Part shown: piece by piece, positions 37,199 to 51,064 of the stretch
How positions within the stretch are numbered: the stretch's first letter is position 1
How the letters are laid out: every line of letters begins with the position of its first letter
Assembly: GCF_001447785.1 (NCBI RefSeq)
Contig: NW_015176036.1
Span: 131,600 to 195,599, forward strand
Origin: Gekko japonicus
Taxonomy: Eukaryota
Direction of reading: 5' to 3'
DNA: 64,000 nt
Position numbers and translations under genes: made by a program
The notes under the pieces: generated by a model
Databases searched by the model: none
What the model was told of the DNA's origin: nothing
Seen by the model: only the letters and a program-made list of their open reading frames with translations

Positions 37199-37327
37199 GC
37201 TGCATGATTTTTGAAAACTGCAAGTCTTGCCGCAATGGCTCCTGGGGGGGAACACTAGACAACTTCTACATCAAGGGCACTTACTGTGCAGAATGCAGGG
37301 CCGGCTGGTATGGCGGGGACTGCATGA
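37199..37327 (+). CDS. PAMR1: PAMR1 probable exon 3
   Basis: tctttcAG acceptor, A|GTGAGT donor; 129 bp; (G)[42 protein letters not shown]; in frame with the previous exon. Confidence 0.96.
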
Positions 37328-37814
37328 GTGAGTATCGCCAGTGGCAGCTTCACTGTTGGGGGAGGAGGGAAAATTGTATGAAAGGGGGCAGAGGAAATAC
37401 TCAGTGAGTTCCAAAGAGCTGTGAGACCTGGACTCTGGACAATGGGCAGCAAACATTAATTAGAATATTGGTTAATATACATTATATTTCATTTACTTTT
37501 GCATTTTAATTTTTTGTGAGTTGCTTTGGGATCCAGCTCTTGGCTGAATGGGATAAATATGCAACTAATAGCCTGTTCCGATTGCATGGTATTTCATTTA
37601 TAAAACATGACAACAAAACGCTTTTCTAAATTCTTCACAATGGTTAAAACAGGATGTATATTTATAGACTTTAATTGCACACATGCATAAATGAACAGGG
37701 TTACACTGATAATTTTGAATTCTTGAGAGTCAGAAGAGTGTGTTTCTGATCCAGTGTCTCCTTATACATAGTCTATCGAGATGAATTTCCTAAGGAAATA
37801 GTATCACCATCTTA

Positions 37815-38055
37815 GAGAACCTGTGCAGTGTAGTGGTTAAGAGTGTAGTACTAGTACCTGCGAGACTCGGGTTCAAATCCCCACTCATGTCATGGAAGTT
37901 CACTGAGTGACCCTGGGCCAGTCTCGCTCTCTCTTCGTAACCTACCTCACATGGTTGTTGTGAGGATAAAATGCAGAAGAGGAGAATGATGTAGGCTGCT
38001 TGGGGTCCCCACTGGGGAGAAAGGTGGAGTATAAAGGAATAAACTAAAATAAAAC
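37815..38055 (+). mobile_element. tRNA-derived SINE
   Basis: GTGTAGTGGTTAAGAG...GGGTTCAAATCCC head; A-rich tail. Confidence 0.8.
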
Positions 38056-38220
38056 AGAATTGTAACTGCTCTCTAGCCTATCATATTAGTACCCCTGGTG
38101 GAAATGGTAGCTTTGGAGGGTAGACTAAACGGCTTCACCTTCAGGGCAAGGATTTTTGGCGCCTTAGCTGAATGACCTTGCTGCTCCCTCTGTGTGTGGG
38201 CGCCAGAAGCAGGACGGCTG

Positions 38221-38497
38221 GGAAAGCAAAAAAGGGGGGGCATCTTCAAAAGCCTCCCCTCCCCTCCCCTCCCCTTCCCTTCCCCAGCCGGCCTGCCATG
38301 GCGGGCTGGTGGGGAGCAAAGAGAGAAGGGGTTTAAAGTTTAAACCCCTTCTCTCTGGAGTTGCGCTGCAGCAGCGGTGCAATCTTTCCATTGTATTCTA
38401 TGGCCCCATAGAATATAATGGAAAGATGACTCTAGAGGCCGGCTGGGGAAGGGAAGGGGAGGCTTTTGAAGATGCCTCCCCCCCTTTTGCTTCCCCT
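38221..38497. repeat. fold-back (inverted-repeat) element fragment
   Basis: 38221-38293 is inverted to 38437-38497; internal hairpin TCTTTCCATTGTATTCTATGG/CCATAGAATATAATGGAAAGA. Confidence 0.7.
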
Positions 38498-39397
38498 TCT
38501 GACATCACTCTCTTCAAACTCTGCCCTCCCCAAGCATTGTTTCTCAAGCCAGAATTGGCCACCCTACAAGGAAACCACCCTGCCTGGGAACTCTTTGTGT
38601 GCCTTGGAGACTGCCTGCTAAATTCTGGTTTGAGGGCAGGGCAGGCTGAGTTGATGAGACACAGAGAGTTTGTTGGTTACAAAATGCCCTTGTTTAACTC
38701 AATCGTATCTCTCATTTTCGAACATCGTAACTGAAACAGGCACAGAATTTTGTCTCCTGAGACCTGCACAATAAGAGACCTCACCTCTTATTACCAGGGA
38801 ATATATGTATTTCTTTTCCTTTGTATGAAACTCAGACAAAGATTTCCTTGCAGCCTCAGTGGACCATCTGAAGCCACCCACAGATTCCTGCACCAATATG
38901 TGTCTGTGGGCTAGCAGGAAAACTGGATTATTCCCATGACTTCCCTATTGAATACATAACATACCTCTTAACTGTAGATTTGTACCAATGTTAATTTCTT
39001 ACTGTTTCAGAGAGCTTTTACCATTTTTGCTTCCCCACCACTTTCTTCAGAGGCTCTGTGTGCTCCCTCTCTAGCATTTGAGTACATGTTTCCTATAATA
39101 TGAAAAAACAGCTGGTCCCCGCACCACTAAGCTATCTGTGAAATGAGGATGAGGAATGTCACTTAATGTTTGTAAAGTGCTAAGAGAAAGTAGGGTTGTG
39201 CCACCAAGGAACAAAGACCATCTTCTGGGAAAGCCCAACATTTCTCCTGATCATGCCACAATAGCTGCTATGACAATATCTTCTAGGAGGTAGGATTGCC
39301 AGGCCTCCCTCTATTGCTTTGCCCCTATGGTTTTTGTTGTTGTTTAGTTGTGCAGTTGAGTCCGACTCTTCATGACCCCACGGACTCTTCGCGACTC

Positions 39398-39555
39398 CCA
39401 GCTGCCTAGGGAGGCGGTTAGCTCCCCTTCACTGACAGCTTTCAAGAAGAGGCTAGATGAATATTTGTCAGAGATACTTTAGTCTGGTCATGCATTGGGC
39501 AGGAGGTTGGACTAGATGGTCTGTATTGCCCATTCCAACTCTATGATTCTATGAC
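39398..39555 (+). mobile_element. CR1 3' fragment nested in the BovB tail
   Basis: ends TTCCAACTCTATGATTCTATGA. Confidence 0.8.
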
Positions 39556-40406
39556 CATATCATGCCAGGCTCTCCTGTCTTCTGCCATATTCTGGAGTTT
39601 GCTCGATTTCATGTTCATTGTATTGGTAACACTGTCCAACCATCTCATCCTTTGCTGTCCCTGTCTTCTTTTACCTTCAGTCTTTCCCAGCATCAGGGTC
39701 TTCTCCAGTGAGTGCTCCTTTCTCATTTAGTGGCCAAAGTATTTGGACATTCAGGTGTGATTTCCTTTAGGATTGACTGATTTGATCTCCTTGCAGTCCA
39801 AGGGACTCTCAAGAGTCTTCTCCAGCACCATAATTCAAATGCATCTATTCTTTGGTGCTCGGCCTTCCTTATGGTTCAACTCTCGCGGCCATACATTACT
39901 ACTAGGAATACCATTGCTTTGGTTGGTAGAGTGATGTCTCTGTTTTTTATTATGCTGTCAAGGTTTGCCATAGCTTTCCTCCCAAGGAGCAGGTGTCTTT
40001 TAATTCCATGGCTGCAGTCACCATCTGCAGTGATCTTGGATCCCAGGAACGTGAAGTATTTCACTGCTTCCATGACTTTCCCTTCTGTTTGCCGAGGAAT
40101 GATGGGGCCGGATGCCATGATGTTGAGTTTCAAGCCAACTTTTGCGCTCTCCTCTTTCATTCTTAGCAAGAGGCTCTTGAGGTCCACTTTCTGCCATTAG
40201 TGTGGTATCGTCAGCATATCTGAGGTTGTTGATATTTTTCCTGGCAATCTTAATTCCGGTTTGTGATTCATCCAGGCCGGCATTTCACATGATGTACTCT
40301 GCATATAAATTAAATAAGCAGGGTGACAATATACATCCTTGCCATATTCGTTTTCCTTTTCTAAACCAATCAGTTGTTCCATATCCAGTTCTAACTGTCG
40401 CTTCTT

Positions 40407-40830
40407 CTTCTTTTTTTGTAACAATTTTTTTTATTCAGGATATAAACATTCATAATCAGCATTAAATTTTCTACATTTATCCCTGTTACATCCATCCCCC
40501 CTCCTTTTCCCCCTCCCTTATATGCGGCTTCCCACAGTGCTCCGACCTCCTGCACATTTACTTCTAATTTCTTCAACCTCCTGTTTATTCCCTTCTAATT
40601 TCTTTTTGTTTCCATTACATTTTTTCTTATAGTTTACTAGGTAACTCTTATTTCATTATCACAATTATTTCTTTACTTATCATAACTCTCAGAAAAACTC
40701 TAAAAAGTTCTGTATTCAATAATTATCAAAACAGAATAAATTGCCTTTTACTTCCCAATGCTTCTCTAAATATTCTTTTAAATCTTTCCAATCATTAAAA
40801 AACTCTTCTGCTTCCATGTTATTCAATTTC
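40407..40830 (-). mobile_element. L1-like 3' fragment nested in BovB
   Basis: 16-bp TSD CTAACTGTCGCTTCTT (40391-40406, 40831-40846); AATAAA and A-tail on the minus strand. Confidence 0.75.
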
Positions 40831-43616
40831 CTAACTGTCGCTTCTTGACCCTCAGGAGACATGTGAAGTGGTCTGATACTCCCATCTCTTTAAGGACTTG
40901 CCATAGTTTGTTGTGGTCCACACAACCACAGGCTTTAGCATAGTCAATGAAGCAGAAGGAGATATTTTTCTGGTACTCCCTTGCTTTCTCCATAATCCAG
41001 TGAATGTTGGCAATTTGATTTGTCATTCCTCTACCTCTTGGAAATCCAGCTTGTACTTCTGGCAGTTCTCTATCCATGTACTGCTGAAGTCTAGCTTGTA
41101 GGATCTTGAGCATGACCTTGCAATTGTGCAATGAGTGCAATTGTGCAATAGTTTGAACATTCCTTGGCATTGCCCTTCTTTGGGATTGGAATGTAAACTG
41201 ACCTTTTCCAATCTTGTGGCCACTGTTGTGTTTTCCAGTTTTGCTGGCAGCACTTTAACAGCATCAAATTTAAGACTTTGAATAGCTTATCTGGGATACC
41301 ATCATCTCCGCTAGCTTTGTTGTTAGTAATGCTTTCTAAGGCCCATTTGACTTCGTACTCCAGGATGTCTGGCTTGAGGTCAGTGATCACACTGTCGTGG
41401 TTGTCAAGGACACTGAGGTCCTTCTTGTAAAGTTCTTCTGTGTATTCTTGCCACCTCTTCCTAATCTGCTTCTGTTAGGTCTGTACCATTTCTGTCCTTT
41501 ATCATGGCCAGTTTTGCATGAAACGTTCCCTTGATTTCTCCAATTTTCTTGAAGAGATCACTAGTCCTTCCCATTCTATTGTTTTCCTCTATTACTTTGC
41601 ATAGTTTATTCAGAAAGGCCTCCTTATCTCTCCTTGCTGTTCTCTAGAAATCTGCATTCAGTTGGGTAAATCTTTCCTTTTCTCCTTTGCCTCTCACTTT
41701 CCTTCTTTCATCAGCTATTTGTAAAGCCTCATCAGACAGCCACTTTGCTTTCTTGCATTTCTTTTTCTTTGGGATGGTGGTGATTACTGCCTCCTGTACA
41801 ATGTCACAAACCTCCGTCCATAGTTCTTCAGGCACTCTGCCTATCAAATCTAGTCCCTTAAACCTATTCTTCACCTCCACAGTATATTCATAAGGGATTC
41901 AGTTTAAGTCTGAATTTTGCAATGAGTAGTTCATGATCTGAGCCACAGTCAGCTCCAGGTCTTGTTTTTACTGATTGTATGGAGCTTCTCCATCTTTGAC
42001 TGCAAATTATATAATCAGTCTGATTTTGATGTTGCCCATCTAGTGATGTCCATGGGTAGAGTCACCTCTTAGGTTGTTGGAAGAGGTGTTTGCTATGACC
42101 GGTGTCTGTTGTTTTACCATAAAGTTTTTGGCAATTCCCAGAGCTACCCATTGTAGTGATGTAGTGACAGCAGTGACATCATGTACCTGTCCATGTCCCC
42201 AACTCCCAACCCTCCCACTGGTTGCCACGGTCAGCCTGGCAACCCCAGTAGCAGCCTGGAATCAATCATGGATGTAATAACAGTAGAATAACTGTATTTA
42301 TTAGAGCAAAATGTATAAACAACTGAACAGACCACAACCAGGCTCAACTGCTCTTAATTCTTCCCAAGCGCTAGTCTTGAGACATTACCCTCTTCTTCCT
42401 AGAGAGACTCTGGGAAAAGGCCTTAAAGTGACAGCACTGATATTTTACAGTTAGGCTAAGTACTTGGCAGATTATGGCAGCATCTGATCTTGCTTTATCT
42501 TTAAGTTTTCCTAGGGCAAAATGTGTGCCTTTCTTTCTCCACTCCCTGAATTTCTTGTACGATTTTTTGCATCTCATAATGTCTTGGTGTCCCTTGTGAA
42601 CAGACAACAGAGTCCAATTTTGAACAAATGTGAACCAGTTGAAAAAGCTAAAATAGCAAGCCCCAAGAAGGAGTGTTGTAGAGCACACAAAAGAATGTGC
42701 GTGCCTCACAACTTGTAATTTAGAATTTATTGCAGTACTCCAATTACTCCAGTAGGTGGTGCTCAAAAGCACTTCCCAGTGAAGATGAGAAAAACACAAC
42801 CCAATTTTTTAAAAAAGCTTAATTCCTAACATTGTTTTAACATGAAATCACAGCATTAAAAATAAATGTATAAAGCAACAAAGCACAAAACGTGCACACA
42901 AAAAAATCATACGTTCATTTTTGGGACTTTCATGAAGGATACCATGACCGTAGAACAGTTGATGTGTTGTTGAGGGCAACAACATTGTCTGCTCTGTGTG
43001 GTGCAGGTTGTAAAGTAGGGAGGAAGGAGTACTTTGAACCACAAGGACATGCAAGGTATAAATGTTTAAATAAATAAATAAAACATATTTAGGAACACAA
43101 GCTGATATGTTACTGCGCTTATTTTCAACTAGGATCCAGATGTGTGTGTGTGGAGGGGGGGGAGCTGCTTATGAAGTGTCATAAGACATGGAAACTCTAG
43201 TGATAAGAATGGGCACCAGGAGGAAAATCAATTTATTCCTCATTCCAATTAAACCAGATTACCTGGTCAGAAGAAGCCAGTTTTGTCTCATTCCGGCCTG
43301 TAGCTAACATGGGGCCTGCGGGGCTCGGCCCCCTAGTATTTACTCTGGGCCCCCTCCCTCCCGGGCTGCCCCCAAAGTGCTCCAACATGCCACCTGCACT
43401 GTACTTCCATTTAATTAGCTGGCGGACCCCCCGAGGCCCCCTCCCAAAGAATTCCCTAGCTACGGGGCTGGTCTCATTGACTTCAATGGAAATAAATCGG
43501 TTAAAATCCCAGCCTTCTGTCTTCATCTGGCAGGAAACCCATCTGTATATCACTCTCTTTTAAATCTTCTTTTGCTCACCGTATTTTGAACCTAATGATT
43601 TTAAATGCTGGGAAAG

Positions 43617-43653
43617 NNNNNNNNNNNNNNNNNNNNNNNNNNNNNNNNNNNNN
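43617..43653. other. assembly gap (37 N)
   Basis: run of N. Confidence 0.99.
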
Positions 43654-44349
43654 TTACTTATGCGGCTTGCTTGTTTGCTTCTCTCCCACCTTTCGGTCCT
43701 ACTAATAGCACACAAGGTGACTCACAACACTGTTGAAATTAAACCCTTTTAGAATTAGAACATTTTGTTTTTTCCCCTTGGGTTGTTAGAGTTATCGTGT
43801 TTATCTTCCTCTTTTGGCATGACCTCCTGAGTTTCCAGTATTTCACAACCTCTGTGAGAAAGGCAGAGTTGCGAAAGTGGCTAGGTAAAGGCCTAATGTG
43901 TCCTGCTTAGCTACCATTTTGCCTGTGGGACCCTTGACACTCATTCATAGCGGCCAGGTACAAAAATTAAGCCAGTGGAACTTTTCCTGGCATGAAAAGT
44001 ACTGGAAAGACCACTTTGTTTGGGGTGTTAATGAAATCAAAAATGAATCAGTACAGTGGGTCTTTAATGGATTCTTGGCTATGTTTGATTCTCTGCTCCA
44101 GAACAGGTTTTATTATTTATTTACATACCGTATAGCCTGCCTTTCTGCCTTCACAAGGGACATCAAGGTGGCTAACAATTTAAAACATGCATATAGAATT
44201 ACATTTTAAAACCACTAAATCAACCCCCCCCAACACACACACAGCATAAGTGGCTTTTGCACTGGAGGGCTCTTTAGTCTGTAGCAATTCCCTCCAGTCT
44301 ATCTGCTGGTAGAAGATGGCAACCAAAGGGAACAGGTGAATCTCCTCGG

Positions 44350-44590
44350 GGGGGGGGAGTGTTCCAGAGCTTTGGTGCTACAACTGAGAAGGCCCTCTCC
44401 CAGTTTGCCATCCACCTAACCTCAGAAGGTGGGGGCACCCAAAGTGGGGCCTCCAGAGATGACTGAGGTCATTGGGCAGGTTCATAAGGGAGTAGGCGGT
44501 CCTTCAGGTATGTTGGTCCCAAACCATATAGGGATTTGAATGTCAAGACCAGCACCTTGGATTATGCCCGGAAACAAATTGGGAGTCAGT
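44350..44590 (-). mobile_element. L2-clade 3' fragment
   Basis: similar to 1640-1880. Confidence 0.75.
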
Positions 44591-44941
44591 GTTTTGTTTG
44601 TTTTGTTTTGCTGGTTGGTCATTTTATAATTTATTGCTATTGGTCTGGGTTGTTTTATGACCTCACTGTGAATTAGCTACTTTAATAACTGATTGATTGT
44701 TGTATGGTTTTATTTTGACTTGACATTATTGTAAGCCATCTCAGGCAGTTGTGTCTGGAGAGGTGGTGAAGAAATACACTGAATAAATAGGCTAAAACTC
44801 TTCTGAGGTGCTAACTGTCCATACTTGGAGTCCAATGGACTCCACATTTGCTGTACTGCTTCAGACCAACTGGATATATGTCCATACTTGGGAAATTTCC
44901 TGTCTTTTTTCAAATGGCAGAACGTTCAAACATATGGCAGG

Positions 44942-45496
44942 CAATGTTCCCTCTAAGCTGTGGAGTCTTGTGAGCAAAAATTCTACTTTGTGAGCTACTG
45001 GCATTAAAGTTGTGAGCAACAGGGGTCGTTTCCTAGAAAAAGAGCTAGGGGAACTCATTAGCATCACTCATTAGCATATGCCACACGCCCTGACATCAGG
45101 GGCCCGGCGGTGGACCCGCAAGGCCGGAGGGTGTGTGAGGAAGCCCCGCCAAGGCCCTCCCTGGCCCCAGGCAGGCAGGGGTGGGGAGAGGCGGGGAGGA
45201 AGCAACTTACCCTCCCTCTTCTCCTGCCTCCTCCTGGCTGAATGAGGTCTGGAAGCGGGGCGGCCGGAAGCAGGGGGCAGGGCTTCATCGTGTGCCCCAC
45301 CCCCTGCACCTCACCCGGGGGAACTGCGATCCCCTGCGATCCCCCCCGAAATGACCTCTGGTGAGCAAGTGATTTGGCTACTGCATAAATTAGTTTGCTC
45401 TGGAGCCATCCTTACTGAGCCAAGACAGAAATCTGTGAACTGGAGGCTAAAAAACTGTGAGCTGGCTCAGACTAACTCAGCTTAGAGGGAACACCA
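44942..45496 (+). mobile_element. hAT MITE family C containing a nested family B copy
   Basis: TSD ATGGCAGG. Confidence 0.9.
45020..45360 (+). mobile_element. hAT MITE family B (nested)
   Basis: family termini; TSD GTGAGCAA. Confidence 0.93.
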
Positions 45497-48400
45497 ATGG
45501 CAGGGGCAAATGGAGATTATACCACACCAGTCTGCTCTGCTGGCATCGGCGTATTTCACCAAATGCGTCTTCTTCCAGCGACTCTCTCTAGAGAGAAAAA
45601 TGCCCGTCCCCTTAATAGAGGCTTAATGGGATGTTATTTCGTCCCATGCTTGGACACTCTTATCTGCTGGACCTCTGCTTCCCTCATGCTCCACCACAAC
45701 AGCTTCGCTCATCTGAGCAGTGCCTTCTGCAGATGCCACCCTGACAACAGGCAAGATCGACAACTGCCTGTATATGTGAATTCTCTGCAGAGGCCTCCGC
45801 CTTGTGGAATGGCTTGCCTGGTGAGGTCAGGAAGGGCTCCCCTTCTCTTGGGAATTTTGCAAATGGTGCAAAGCTGAATTATTCACAAGGGCATTTTTAC
45901 AAAGGCATTAGGGCTTTCTAGTAACATAGTGATGTTTTAAGGAGACACTGTGGACTATGCTATTGCGTTTAGCACATACTATCTGTTGCTGTATGAATTA
46001 TCCTGTTACATAACTTCTTCATCATTTAATACAGCATGTTAATGCCTATGCTTTGTTTCAGTTTTGTTCCAGATTTTTGCCTGGTTTTAATTTTTGCAAT
46101 CCATTGCTTACTGGATGTCCCATCCTGTTGACTGCTTTGATTCATGCTGTGTAAAATGCACCTTGAGTCTCCACAAGAAAGGTGGACTGTAAATAACATA
46201 AATGACTTAAATAAGTTAAGCTGGTGAGGGGAGAAATTTGATGGTTCAGAGTTTAATATTATCCCGCCAGGGTTTTTTTTTTAAAAAAACAACCTAATTA
46301 GGAGAAGGATACCTGCAGTGAGGCCCGAGGCCTCTATTCCAGACTTCAGTTTGTTTCTAAGTGCCTAGTGGTATTGCTTGCTCATCATTGTTTTCTGTTC
46401 TACTGATTTGCTAGAGGAACTCTACACAGAGATATGTGGAACTGTGTTTAGAGGACATCTCAGGACTTGAAGTAATTCTAAGAAAAGAGTGGCCCCAGTG
46501 TAAACACTTAGCGCGGATTATAGCCATTGAAAGGGTCCAGTTACTGTTCTTTCTCTAAATTTTTGGCCTTGAATAAGAATTTTTATGCACCCCAGAAAAG
46601 TTTTGCCTCCTTTTCGGACTCAAAGGGAACAGTGATGCTGACAATCTTCCAAATGGATTATTTTCTCTCCCCCCCCCGAACAATGCAGGATTTGCCAGGA
46701 TTAGCTTTTGGAGTGTAAATTATTCTTGAGAACTTTCCAGCTCTCTCTCTTTCTCTCTTTGTGTAAGAGATAAAAGATCCTTTTAATTGGAAGATGGCAG
46801 AGCTGGTTATCTGATAACTTCCTTAGAAGGGTGTCAGAGCATTATATAAACCTCTCATGGTTGAACTAAAGAGCAAAGAATTGAAGACCACATCTGACCA
46901 TCAACATGCTTCATGCAAAATCTGAGGCAAATATGAGCCTGGTTTTTTGGAGGCCCCCTTTGAATGGCTCTCTCTTTAGCCTTTGGACCACCTGCCTTGT
47001 TGGCCAGTCCTATTTCCTTGGCAAGAATGTTACAAAAGTTCAGACTGTTCTCCAGAGAAAGGTGCATTCAGTATTCTCTGCACGCCGCCATCTCTTTGTA
47101 CCAGTTCTTTCCCATCCAAAGCAATAGCGACAAAGGAGACTCAAAAAACCCCTCATAATGAAAGGGGAATGTTCTCTGAGGTGATTCAAGGACCTTGTCA
47201 AGCCTTCTGAAGGTTTCCTGCAGCTTTGTTTCAGGTTGTTTTGAGGTAGAAGCCAGAAACAGTGCTAGGTTCCTCTCTGTAGTGTGGGAAGCCACATTAT
47301 CATGTACACTGCTGCAAATCCTGGCAGCTATGGGGGCAAAGTAATTAATTCTCCAGCTTTTCACATCAGGAGGAACCAACAAGCCCTGGTGTGGAATGAA
47401 ACACTTATGATGGACTCTTGGGAGCTTGTTTTCTGTTTCATGAGAGCGCACTTAATTGAGGGTAATTGAGGGTAAACTGACAAAGGGAATGGTATTAGAA
47501 TGGAAAAATCTAACACTGTAGTGTCTTATGGTAAACAGGATAGATGTTTTGTATGTTCCTGAATGTGGCACATTGTCATCTGTATTGTGGTGCATAGGCA
47601 GAACTTAAAAGTCCCCTCTACACATAGGGACAAACTAGCTACTACTAGGGAGCCTGCCTACAAGACAGCTTGTCCCACAGCCTTGAAAACTGGCTGGCAT
47701 GTGCCTTGAGGGGGTTTGGGGCTAGGTCTGAGCCTGTGTTGAAGCTCTTTTTATTGTATTTTTATCTCTGCCTTCCTCCAAGGAGCACCAGGCAGTATAA
47801 TTAGATTCTTCCTTTCTCCATTTTATCCTTTCAACAGACCTGTGAGGTGGGTTAGGCTGAGAAAGGAAGTGACTTCCCTAAGATCTCCCAGTGAGGGGTT
47901 TTTTTTGGGGGGGGGGCTTTGAATCTGGGTCTTTCCATTACAATACTCTGATTCCTTCACCATACACCCAGGTCCCTGTATTCTAATGTGTACCAATGTT
48001 GGAGGGCTGATTTAATACAAGCTCAGTAAAATATGTGCAAAGAGCACTGGCTAAGATAGCAAATCCAAATGTTCATTCCTTCCTTCCAATAGACCACCGT
48101 GTATCAATAAGTTCCTATGCTCAACCCTCACTGAAATAAATGGAAGCTGTGCAGGTGTGTGTAATAACTTTGCCAACAAGAGCTAAAATGGTGACATGAG
48201 TAATGGGCAATACCAGAAACACAACTTCTGACTCATTGCAATGCCCACTAGCCATGGATCCAGCCAGGGTTCTTGATACCTCTCAAGCCCCTTCTCCATA
48301 GCTGCCATATTTTTCCAATCTCAAGCAGGCAACAAAGCAGGAAATGTACCAAGCACATGGTAGAATGCCAAACATGGCTGGTTGTCTGAATTCATGTTCT

Positions 48401-48546
48401 AGAAGCTGATGTCATGTGCAGCTCCTTTGTCAAGAACATGTCAAGACTTGGGTTTTTAACTTGCCCTTTATACTTTGCCCTGTAAATGCTATAGCTAAGT
48501 ATATTTCTTTACAAACCCTAATGGACTTCTCCCCCCCCCTTTTCAG

Positions 48547-48661
48547 GATGTGGGCAGGTTCTTCAGGCATCAAAGGGGCAGATTTTGTTGGAGAGCTATC
48601 CCCTGAATGCTCACTGTGAATGGACTATACATTCCAAGCCTGGCTATGTTGTTGAGTTAAG
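48547..48661 (+). CDS. PAMR1: PAMR1 probable exon 4 (CUB domain, first part); not in the ORF track
   Basis: ccttttcAG acceptor, AG|GTTGGT donor; 115 bp; (R)[37 protein letters not shown](R). Confidence 0.95.
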
Positions 48662-49169
48662 GTTGGTGGAAAAGGCATTTTAATTTATTTTCTTGCATGT
48701 CAATGGCATAGTAAATAAGTTTCATCCTGGGTGCAAAGGACTTTCTTGTTATCCCTAGCATTAATCTGCATACATACTAGATCTAAAACTTATTCTCTTT
48801 CTGTAGCATATTAAAACATTCAAAAATGATGTCTTGGAAAGAGAAGGAAATGTATGTGTGTAGCTGTGTCAAAGGAACTGGATTCAATCCACTGCCACTC
48901 CCCTTTCCTCACTATTTTGCGGCATTTTCCAGATTGTCTTAATGTTCCATTTTCATTCCCCGATGTTATCGGGGGATTTTCTTCTGTCTAGACAACTTTG
49001 TTAACATCCCAGTGTTGTCCCAGTCTTTCCTTATTCCCCCTGTTCATTCCTAAACTAGTTTCCTCCCTACTTTCCCCACCATTATGGAATGAATTTGCAA
49101 GATACCCTCTTGCTCGGAATCGGAAACATTTTTATGCCTCATGGATTGCTGCCCAAAACCCACCCAGAA

Positions 49170-49657
49170 AAGACCGTCTCTCCCCCTATGCGCCCCAAAG
49201 GGCTTTACGATCTGCCAACCAACATCTTCTGGTGGTCCCCGGCCCCAGGGACGTCTGTCTAGCCTCAACTAGGGTCAGGGCCTTTTCAGCCCTGGCCCCT
49301 ACCTGGTGGAATGAGCTCCCATATGAGATCAGGGCCTTTTTGCAGTTCTGCAAGGCCTGCAAGATGAAACTCTTCCACCAGGCTTTTAGTTGTGGTGGAC
49401 GCCCCCCCCCTTTCTAATGGGCCTCCCCCCAGTGGGTCAGACCTGCATTACCATCCAAGGATTAAAACCTGAAATAGATGGCACCTGTGAGGCTTTAACT
49501 ATGACTTGTACCGGAGGAATGCTGTTGTATTTTATTGGTGTTTTTTCTTTATTTATATTCTGTATATTGTTTATTATGTCTGATGGAACCCGCACTGAGC
49601 CTGCTATGCAGGGAGGGCGGGATACAAATCCAATAAAATTAATAAAATAAATAAAAA
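49170..49657 (+). mobile_element. L2-clade 3' fragment
   Basis: DRLSPYAPQRALRS...RAFSALAPTWWNELP; (TAAA)n tail. Confidence 0.85.
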
Positions 49658-50384
49658 GATAGGTTTGGGTGGCAAACTTCTTTTTTAATATTTGCATGCC
49701 AGCGCTGAAATGTTTTAGTGCTGGAGGATGACTGCGCTGAAACAAACAGTCAGTCCCACTGGGAGGCCTGACTCCAGCTCCTGCAGCTCTTCTTGTACAG
49801 GAAGCTGACTCTGAGTCAATCTTCAAGGCGATTTGGTGGTGGTGGTGGTGGTGGTGGGGAGAATTCTGCAACTCCAGTTCCTTCAAAACCAGCTCTTGAG
49901 ATGTTTATTAGAACAATGCAGAGAGACTAAAGAAGATACACATATTATTCATAAGTCGGACGAGGGAAACAGCAATATTCTGGCTACTTTGAATGCCCTG
50001 GATCCCATCCCCTCCTCTCTCTTTACACCAGAGTAGACACACTGAAGCCAGTGGGGCTACTCTCATGTAAGAGGATCATGTTCTGTCCATGTGTTCTGGG
50101 CCAGGCTTGGATTACACTGACAGCTTCATCAGGTGGCATGGCTTAACTCCAAAGTAAGGCCCAGGGAAGGGAACTGGAGCAAGGAGGGAGCTTTCATGGA
50201 GTCCCTCCCCCAAGAAAGGGCGCAGGTGCTAGAGACCAGGGCAGGCTCATCCTGGAAGCGTGATGGTGTGTGATGGGCAGGGAATGTACTTTAACGGGGA
50301 TTGCACATCCTCCTTGAGGCTGCTGAAACGCTGCAACACTTCAGCGCACGTGCAACCCCCCACCCCCGGAAATCAATCCTTTAT

Positions 50385-50987
50385 ATATAACATTTTTATT
50401 TTTACAATAAACACATCAGACAAACAAACAAAAAAGACATTAAATGGTGTTTACAAAGAATTTCCAGTTATATATATTATAATACCTCCTATGTTATAAT
50501 AAATGTATAAATCGTTTTTAATCACCACATATTCAATCTATGTTTACTGCATTATATTTCAAACTAAATTCTAGAGTATCTCAAATATAATATTGTAAGA
50601 CTTTACTGTTCATTTATTGTATTCTTCCAGCCATGACCATGTATTCTGAAATCTCCTTTCTTCTTGCCCTCTAAAGTAAAGTCAATTTATCTGTCTCAGC
50701 AGTTTCAAGAACTTTGTCTAACATTTCTTCTTTTGAGGGTTTTTCGTCTTTCCTCCAATAGTTTGCATATAATATTCTTGCAGTAGTCAGTACATGTATA
50801 ATAAGATAAAAGTCCTGGCTTTTACATGTTTCTGGTTTTATATTCAATAAGAATAATTCAGGTGTGAAAGGTATGGTACATTCTAACATTTTTTGCAGCA
50901 TTTCATGGATCCAAGACCAATATTTTTTTTAACTCTATCACATGTCCACCACATATGAAAGAATGAGCCTACAGTCTTTCTACATTT
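50385..50987 (-). mobile_element. L1 LINE 3' end (ORF2 CCHC region)
   Basis: KCRKTVGSFFHMWWTC zinc-knuckle part followed by ARILYANYWRK; runs into the gap. Confidence 0.85.
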
Positions 50988-51064
50988 NNNNNNNNNNNNN
51001 NNNNNNNNNNNNNNNNNNNNNNNNNNNNNNNNNNNNNNNNNNNNNNNNNNNNNNNNNNNNNNNN
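50988..51064. other. assembly gap (77 N)
   Basis: run of N. Confidence 0.99.

Larger units (their letters stand above)
39335..42105 (-). mobile_element. RTE-BovB LINE, 5'-truncated and degenerate
   Basis: WPQDWKRSVYIPIPKKGNAKECSNY, MEKAREYQKNISFCFIDYAKA, LEKTLMLGKTEGKRR motifs; (CAA)n tail. Confidence 0.93.
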
